NCBI GenBank assembly: GCA_043823085.1
Contig: JBDRBE010000001.1
Span: forward strand, 113,110 to 177,109
Direction: 5' to 3'
Source of the DNA: Candidatus Levyibacteriota bacterium
GTDB taxonomy: Bacteria > Patescibacteriota > Microgenomatia > Levybacterales > UBA12049
DNA length: 64,000 nucleotides
The translations under genes and the position numbers were made by a program. Below, in pieces: positions 58,732 through 64,000 of this stretch (positions within the stretch are counted from its first letter, which is position 1; each line of letters opens with the position of its first letter). The notes below the pieces were generated by a model. It did not search any database. It saw nothing but the letters and a program-made list of their open reading frames with translations, and had not been told where the DNA came from.

Positions 58732-60138
58732 ATGAACAAGTTTTATATTACTACTGCAATTCCATACGTTAATGCCAAGCCGCATATTGGACACGCGCTT
58801 GAATTTGTGCAAGCTGATGTTGTTGCGCGTTTTCATAAATTAAAAGGAGACGAAACTCTCCTTCTTTCCGGTGGAGATGAGAACGCGCTAAAAAATGTTG
58901 CCGCCGCCGAAAAAGAAAATACACCAATTCAGGAATTTGTTGATAAAAATAGCAAGCTTTTTTTAGAGCTTTTAAAAAAGTTAAATGTTGGCTTTGACAT
59001 TTTTCAAAAAGGAAGTGATGCAGGCCACCATTTATTTTCACAAGAATTATGGAAACTCTGCGAGGCAGCGGGCGATATTTACAAAAAGGAATATAAAGGA
59101 TTATATTGCGTTGGCTGTGAACTGTTTTACGAAAAAAATGAGCTAGATGAAAACGGAGAATGTTTTGAGCATCCGGGTAAAAAACTGGAAGAAGTTTCCG
59201 AAGTTAATTATTTTTTTAAACTTTCTAAATATCAAAAGCAAATTGAAGAGTTATTGACGTCTGATAAATTAAAAATAATTCCCCAAAACCGCAAAAACGA
59301 AGCGCTTTCTTTTCTAAAACAGGGCTTAAAAGACATTAGTGTTTCCCGTTCCAATAAAAGAACCAAAAACTGGGGAGTTGATGTGCCGGACGACTCAACG
59401 CAAAAAATGTATGTTTGGTTTGATGCTTTGAATATTTACAGAAGCGGACTCGGCGATAAATATAACAAATTTTGGCCGGCTGATTTACACGTTATTGGCA
59501 AAGGGATTTTAAGATTTCATGCGATTTACTGGCCGGCGTTTTTACTTTCGGCAAAAATTCCGCTTCCAAAACAAATTTTTGTTCATGGATATTTTACCAT
59601 TGACGGACAAAAAATAAGTAAAAGTTTGGGAAACACTATTGATCCTGCTGAGATAATTGAAAAATACGGCGTCGACGCCCTACGCTACTATTTATTAAAA
59701 GAAATTCCTCCGACCGAAGACGGCGATTTTTCCGAAAAAAAATTACAAACTTTATATAATTCTGATTTAGCAAACGGCATTGGAAATTTAGTGGCGCGAG
59801 TCGCAAAACTCTGCGAACGAAATGAAATTACCTGCTTAAATGATTTAAATCATTTAAGTGAAAGCGTTGAAGGATTGATTCAAGAATATAAATTCAATGA
59901 AGCCTTAGCTTTTATTTGGTCTAAAATTTCAGAAGCTGATAAAAAAATCAATGAAGTAAAACCTTGGGAGTTATCAAAAGAAAAAGCAACGCCAGTTTTG
60001 CAGGATTTGGTAAAAATCATTCGACAAATTGCTGTTAATTTACAACCATTTCTCCCCGAAACTACGGAAAAAATTGAGGAACAATTTAAAGGACCAAAAA
60101 TCATTTCCCACCCTCCCCTATTTCCCCGAATTATTTAA
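58732..60138 (+). CDS. metG: methionine--tRNA ligase (short form)
   Basis: YITTAIPYVN..PHIGH, YVWFDAL, RFHAIYWPA, KISKS, LFPRI. Confidence 0.96.
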   Translation: MNKFYITTAIPYVNAKPHIGHALEFVQADVVARFHKLKGDETLLLSGGDENALKNVAAAEKENTPIQEFVDKNSKLFLELLKKLNVGFDIFQKGSDAGHHLFSQELWKLCEAAGDIYKKEYKGLYCVGCELFYEKNELDENGECFEHPGKKLEEVSEVNYFFKLSKYQKQIEELLTSDKLKIIPQNRKNEALSFLKQGLKDISVSRSNKRTKNWGVDVPDDSTQKMYVWFDALNIYRSGLGDKYNKFWPADLHVIGKGILRFHAIYWPAFLLSAKIPLPKQIFVHGYFTIDGQKISKSLGNTIDPAEIIEKYGVDALRYYLLKEIPPTEDGDFSEKKLQTLYNSDLANGIGNLVARVAKLCERNEITCLNDLNHLSESVEGLIQEYKFNEALAFIWSKISEADKKINEVKPWELSKEKATPVLQDLVKIIRQIAVNLQPFLPETTEKIEEQFKGPKIISHPPLFPRII

Positions 60139-60143
60139 AGAAG

Positions 60144-60407
60144 CTATCCGTATTTTCGTTTTAGAAGAAGTATTGAAAGGCTAAGGAAAAAGATTGCTAA
60201 ATTTGTTAATACCACCGGCATTGCCGATACAAGAATTCCATAAACTAACCAAAGCGATGCGCTGGTTGCAAGAAAAATACAAGACAGAGCAGAAATTTCT
60301 TTTGTTTCTTTCATTTTCCAAAGCTTTATCGCTTGAGGCAACCACATTATTACTCCAAGCCCTCCGGCAGTAAACCCGACAACATTTGCTAAAACGATTA
60401 CATCCAT
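60144..60407 (-). CDS. SemiSWEET/PQ-loop transporter
   Basis: WLPQ, TKEIS, LWLVYG, PVVLTN. Three TM helices. Confidence 0.88.
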   Translation of the reverse strand: MDVIVLANVVGFTAGGLGVIMWLPQAIKLWKMKETKEISALSCIFLATSASLWLVYGILVSAMPVVLTNLAIFFLSLSILLLKRKYG

Positions 60408-60447
60408 TGGATTATTATAGCATGTGTTTTTACGATATAATATCCCT

Positions 60448-61284
60448 ATGATTGATATTCATTGCCATTTAAACTTTAAGGCTTTTGAAAATGATTTCAA
60501 CGAAGTTATTAAAAGAGCATCTGAAAAGGGCGTTAAAAAAATTGTTAATGTCGGCGCGGCTCTTGACTCAAGCAAAAGAGCTGTTGAACTCGCAGAAAAA
60601 TATAATCCGCCAGCTGGCGGATTATATGCAACTGTAGGCATACATCCTCATCATGCTGACAAATTAGAACCTGACTGGGAACAAAGATTGGAGGATATCG
60701 TCCTGCAGAGCAGGATCTCGCTCCGCGAGACAAAACATCCGAAGGTTGTGGCCATTGGCGAATGCGGAATGGATTTTTATCGCTATCAATCAAACGATAT
60801 TGTCGATCCAAAATTGCAGGAAAAACTTTTTATTAAGCATATTGAATTATCTAGTAAACTGCACTTACCTCTTCAAATTCATAATCGTCAGGCGGGAAAA
60901 GAAATAATTGAAATTCTCTTAAATCATAAATCTTATCTCTTAAATCCTCCCGGGGTTTTCCATTGTTTCTCAGGAGACATTGAGCTTTTGAAATCTGCTT
61001 TGCAGATTGGATTTTATATTGGCTTTGACGGAAATATTACTTATAAAGGCCTTGCAAAAGGAGAAACAACCGCACTTTCGGAATTAGTAAAGTTTACACC
61101 CCTTGATAGAATTTTAGTTGAAACCGACAGCCCGTATTTAACACCAGAGCCTCAACGCGGTAGCAGAAATGAGCCTAGTTATGTTATACTTGTAGCCAAA
61201 GCAATAAGCCAAATCAAAAATGTTTCGTTCGAAGAAATTGATAATAAAACAACAGAAAACGCCAAAACGTTATTTTCTATTTAA
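60448..61284 (+). CDS. tatD: TatD family DNase
   Basis: IDIHCHL, GIHPH, AIGECG, IHNR, FHCFS, VETDSPYL. Confidence 0.95.
   Translation: MIDIHCHLNFKAFENDFNEVIKRASEKGVKKIVNVGAALDSSKRAVELAEKYNPPAGGLYATVGIHPHHADKLEPDWEQRLEDIVLQSRISLRETKHPKVVAIGECGMDFYRYQSNDIVDPKLQEKLFIKHIELSSKLHLPLQIHNRQAGKEIIEILLNHKSYLLNPPGVFHCFSGDIELLKSALQIGFYIGFDGNITYKGLAKGETTALSELVKFTPLDRILVETDSPYLTPEPQRGSRNEPSYVILVAKAISQIKNVSFEEIDNKTTENAKTLFSI
60601..60626. repeat. perfect 26-bp palindrome in frame in tatD (NPPAGGL)
   Basis: tataatccgccagctggcggattata. Confidence 0.85.
60700..60731. repeat. double-hairpin element in frame in tatD (LQSRISLRET)
   Basis: tcctgc-aga-gcagga immediately followed by tctcgc-tcc-gcgaga. Confidence 0.85.
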
Positions 61285-61392
61285 ATAGTTCAAAAATCAA
61301 AATACAAAGTGCAAAGCCTAGTTTAAAAATAAAAGTTTTTGGACTTTTAACTTATTTTTGATATTTGATTTTTGATATTTGATTTTTTACTT

Positions 61393-62904
61393 ATGACTAA
61401 TTTCTTTGAAAAATTATTTACTCGCTACCCAATTAAAACCCGACGCTTTTTGGAACTTTTGCCGGGTCTTTTTTCCTGGACACTTATTTCTTTTCCTATT
61501 TGGGGTTCACTTTTTATTCCCTACGTCCTTGCCTATTTTATTCTTTTTTTTGATGTTTACTGGTTTTATAAATCTTTTTCTTTAGCAATTTCAGCATATA
61601 TTGCCTCAAAAAAAATTAAGGAATCGGAAAAGAAAGACTGGTTAAAACTTGCAAAAGGCCTACCTAATTTTAATAAAACTACTCATTTAATTGTTATTCC
61701 AAATTACACCGAAAACATTACTAAGCTTCGCGAAACTATTGATTCCATTGCCAAACAAACTTTTCCCCTTGAAAGAATCTATGTAATCTTAGGGATGGAA
61801 GAAAGAGAAAAAGATGGTCCGCACAAAGCAGAAACACTTATTAAAGAATATAAACAATTATTCGGAGATATTTTTGCTACTTTCCATCCGGATGTTGCGG
61901 GTGAAGTAAAAGGCAAATCCTCAAATGAAGCGTATGCTGCAAGATTTGCATATGATAAACTGGTTAAAAAAAGCCTGCCTACCGGCAGGCAGGGAATTAT
62001 TGATATAAAATTTGCAACTATTTCAAGTGTTGATGCCGATTCTATTTTTGACAAACAATATTTTTCTTGCCTGGCCTATAAATTTCTAAGCGACAAAAAA
62101 CCATACAATAAATTCTGGCAATCGGCCAATGTCTTTTATAATAATTTCTGGAAAGTTCCGGCTCCTACCCGAATTATCTCTTTTTTTGGCAGTTTTTGGC
62201 GAACAGGAGTTTTATTGCACGAAAGCAGATTAGTTGCAAACTCTACTTACTCTTTATCTTTTTTAATGCTAAAAAATATCGATTTTTGGGATGTTGATGT
62301 TATTCCCGAAGATTATCGAATTTTTTTCAAGGCTTTTTATAAACTCAATGGACAAGTTTGGGCCCAACCCATATTTTTAAAAACTTCCATGGATGCGCCG
62401 CTTTCTTCAGGTTATTTCAAAAGTCTAAAAAATAAATATCACCAGGAACAACGATGGGCATGGGGAGTTTCCGATGATCCCTTATTTATAAAATGGTGGC
62501 TGACTGTTCCAAACGTACCTTTTATCCGAAAAACCATCATGCTCTACAATGTTTTGCTTGACCACTTTCTTTGGCCGGTTAATTGGTTTATTATAACTAT
62601 AGCGGCCAATATTATGCCATTTATAAATCCTGTTTTTTCAAGAACAACTTTAGGCTATAATCTTCCGCGGCTTGCCGGAATAATTCTTACTTCCTGTATT
62701 TTTGCGCTTCTTTTGATGATTCTGATTGATTTTAGAAATAGGCCGAATGCGTCTTCATCAAGAATTAGACAATTTTTATTTCCGCTTGAATTTGTGCTTT
62801 TGCCCGTGGTTGGTTTTTTCCTTTCTACCCTTCCTGCTCTTATTTCTCACACAAAACTTATGTTTGGAAAACGCATGGAATATAAAGTTACCGAAAAGGT
62901 ATAG
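61393..62904 (+). CDS. membrane-embedded GT2 family glycosyltransferase
   Basis: IPNYTE, GKSSN, DADS, IPED, QEQRWAWG (QxxRW). Confidence 0.9.
   Translation: MTNFFEKLFTRYPIKTRRFLELLPGLFSWTLISFPIWGSLFIPYVLAYFILFFDVYWFYKSFSLAISAYIASKKIKESEKKDWLKLAKGLPNFNKTTHLIVIPNYTENITKLRETIDSIAKQTFPLERIYVILGMEEREKDGPHKAETLIKEYKQLFGDIFATFHPDVAGEVKGKSSNEAYAARFAYDKLVKKSLPTGRQGIIDIKFATISSVDADSIFDKQYFSCLAYKFLSDKKPYNKFWQSANVFYNNFWKVPAPTRIISFFGSFWRTGVLLHESRLVANSTYSLSFLMLKNIDFWDVDVIPEDYRIFFKAFYKLNGQVWAQPIFLKTSMDAPLSSGYFKSLKNKYHQEQRWAWGVSDDPLFIKWWLTVPNVPFIRKTIMLYNVLLDHFLWPVNWFIITIAANIMPFINPVFSRTTLGYNLPRLAGIILTSCIFALLLMILIDFRNRPNASSSRIRQFLFPLEFVLLPVVGFFLSTLPALISHTKLMFGKRMEYKVTEKV
61973..61993. repeat. CCTGCC..GGCAGG element in frame in the GT2 gene (SLPTGRQG)
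   Basis: gcctgcctaccggcaggcagg, 21 nt. Confidence 0.85.
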
Positions 62905-62925
62905 TTCGATAAGCTCACTATTATA

Positions 62926-64000
62926 ATGAAAATTTTAACAAGGCTTGAAAAGAGTAAAGATTTTTGGTTCCTTTTAGTTAATTTTTTTGTTTTTTTTCTT
63001 CTTCGGCTTCCTTCGCTTTTCGAACCATACTGGTACGGGGACGAGGGAATTTATCAAACTATTGGCATTGCCATACAAAGCGGAAAACTACTTTACCGAG
63101 ATATTTGGGACAATAAACCGCCTCTTCTTTATATTTTATACGGCATTTTTTCTTCCGACCAATTTATCATTAGGCTTGTTTCTCTAATCTTTGGATTTTT
63201 GTCGGTTGTAATCTTTTTTTACCTTGCAAAAAGAATTTTTGAAAATAATAATAAAGCTACTTTTATCTCCACTTCACTTTTTTCCCTTATCTTTGCCCTG
63301 CCTCTTATTGAAGGTAATATTGCCAATGCCGAAAACTTCATGCTTCTACCGATTCTTGCCTCTGCACTTTTGATTTTTAAATTAAAAGATTCCAATATTC
63401 ATTTGAAAAAAATTATAATTCATAATTCTTGCCTGCCGGCAGGCAAGGCTTACTTCTTAATTCTTTTTAGTTCCGGTTTTCTCCTTTCTCTTGCTTTTCT
63501 TTTCAAAATTGTTGCGATTTTTGATGCGGCTGCATTTTTTCTTTTTATATTTTTCTTAAACTATTCCTCGTTTAAAGAAATAAAAAAATTGGCAATAAAA
63601 ATTATACCTTTTATTCTCGGCTTTATTATTCCAATTTTTGTTGTGGCTTTATTTTTCCTAATGAATGGCGCTTTTTTTGATTTCCTAAAAGCATCTTTTG
63701 TGCAAAATGTCGGATATGTAGGATATGGAAATCAATTTCTTTTCCCTCAAGGTCTTCTTGTAACAAAACTTTTAATTTTGTCCGGATTTATTTTCTTTCT
63801 TTTTAAAAAAAGAGGGGAGTTTTCAAAATCAACATTATTTATTCTTATTTGGTTTTCTCTTTCACTCTTTAATGCTTTTTTCTCCCAAAGACCATACTCT
63901 CATTATCTTCTAGTGCTCCTGCCAAGCCTTTGCCTAATGCTTGGCCTTTTTTATTTTGAAAAAAAGTATCAAAAATTTGTTATTGCTATTATTGCCGTCT
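62926..64000 (+). CDS. ArnT/PMT-like (GT-C) membrane glycosyltransferase, 3'-truncated by the window edge
   Basis: MKILTRLEK...LRLPSLFEPYWYGDEGIYQ...DNKPPLL. Multi-TM. Frame appears open to the window end. Confidence 0.85.
   Translation, partial: MKILTRLEKSKDFWFLLVNFFVFFLLRLPSLFEPYWYGDEGIYQTIGIAIQSGKLLYRDIWDNKPPLLYILYGIFSSDQFIIRLVSLIFGFLSVVIFFYLAKRIFENNNKATFISTSLFSLIFALPLIEGNIANAENFMLLPILASALLIFKLKDSNIHLKKIIIHNSCLPAGKAYFLILFSSGFLLSLAFLFKIVAIFDAAAFFLFIFFLNYSSFKEIKKLAIKIIPFILGFIIPIFVVALFFLMNGAFFDFLKASFVQNVGYVGYGNQFLFPQGLLVTKLLILSGFIFFLFKKRGEFSKSTLFILIWFSLSLFNAFFSQRPYSHYLLVLLPSLCLMLGLFYFEKKYQKFVIAIIAV
63428..63448. repeat. CTTGCCTGCCGGCAGGCAAG palindrome in frame, nested in a heptamer array
   Basis: tataatt cataatt [cttgcctgccggcaggcaagg] cttactt cttaatt. 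Confidence 0.85.

Noticed and set aside
1-64000. Alternative genetic code (UGA recoding)
   Set aside because: Conserved genes are full length under the standard bacterial code, and TGA terminates ORFs that abut the next gene (e.g. 766-768).

Overview
AT-rich bacterial chromosome segment. Gene content and architecture (N-terminally minimal IF2, short AlaRS and MetRS, AMP-phosphorylase-type salvage enzyme, membrane-anchored Clp ATPase, many -10 boxes only 6-7 nt before the start codon) suggest a Patescibacteria/CPR organism, probably Microgenomates group; this is inference. Core loci: nadD-nadE; rpoB-rpoC-rpsL-rpsG-[2.8 kb restriction-modification / RNase H-like islet]-fusA; alaS-sortase-AMP phosphorylase-mltG; nusA-infB...rpsO-pnp; lon-like-rnj-ftsK; hrcA-grpE-dnaK-dnaJ with a CIRCE variant; metG, tatD and glycosyltransferases. 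The most unusual signals are non-genic. (1) At about 36.85-41.6 kb, six unrelated single accessory genes are each separated by a same-orientation degenerate repeat (core AAATTTTATACCCTCGGCGCAATTGGGAGTTTTGG), i.e. a cassette-like array with no integrase or canonical attC seen. (2) Several families of 15-30 nt palindromic micro-elements occur between genes and also in-frame inside housekeeping proteins (NadE, AlaRS, DnaK, TatD twice, two glycosyltransferases, possibly MetRS), with compensatory stem changes between copies. (3) 7- and 8-mer tandem arrays, some inverted and some translated. (4) The first 7 codons of hrcA are duplicated with synonymous changes around a hairpin element. I saw no rRNA, tRNA, CRISPR array or transposase.
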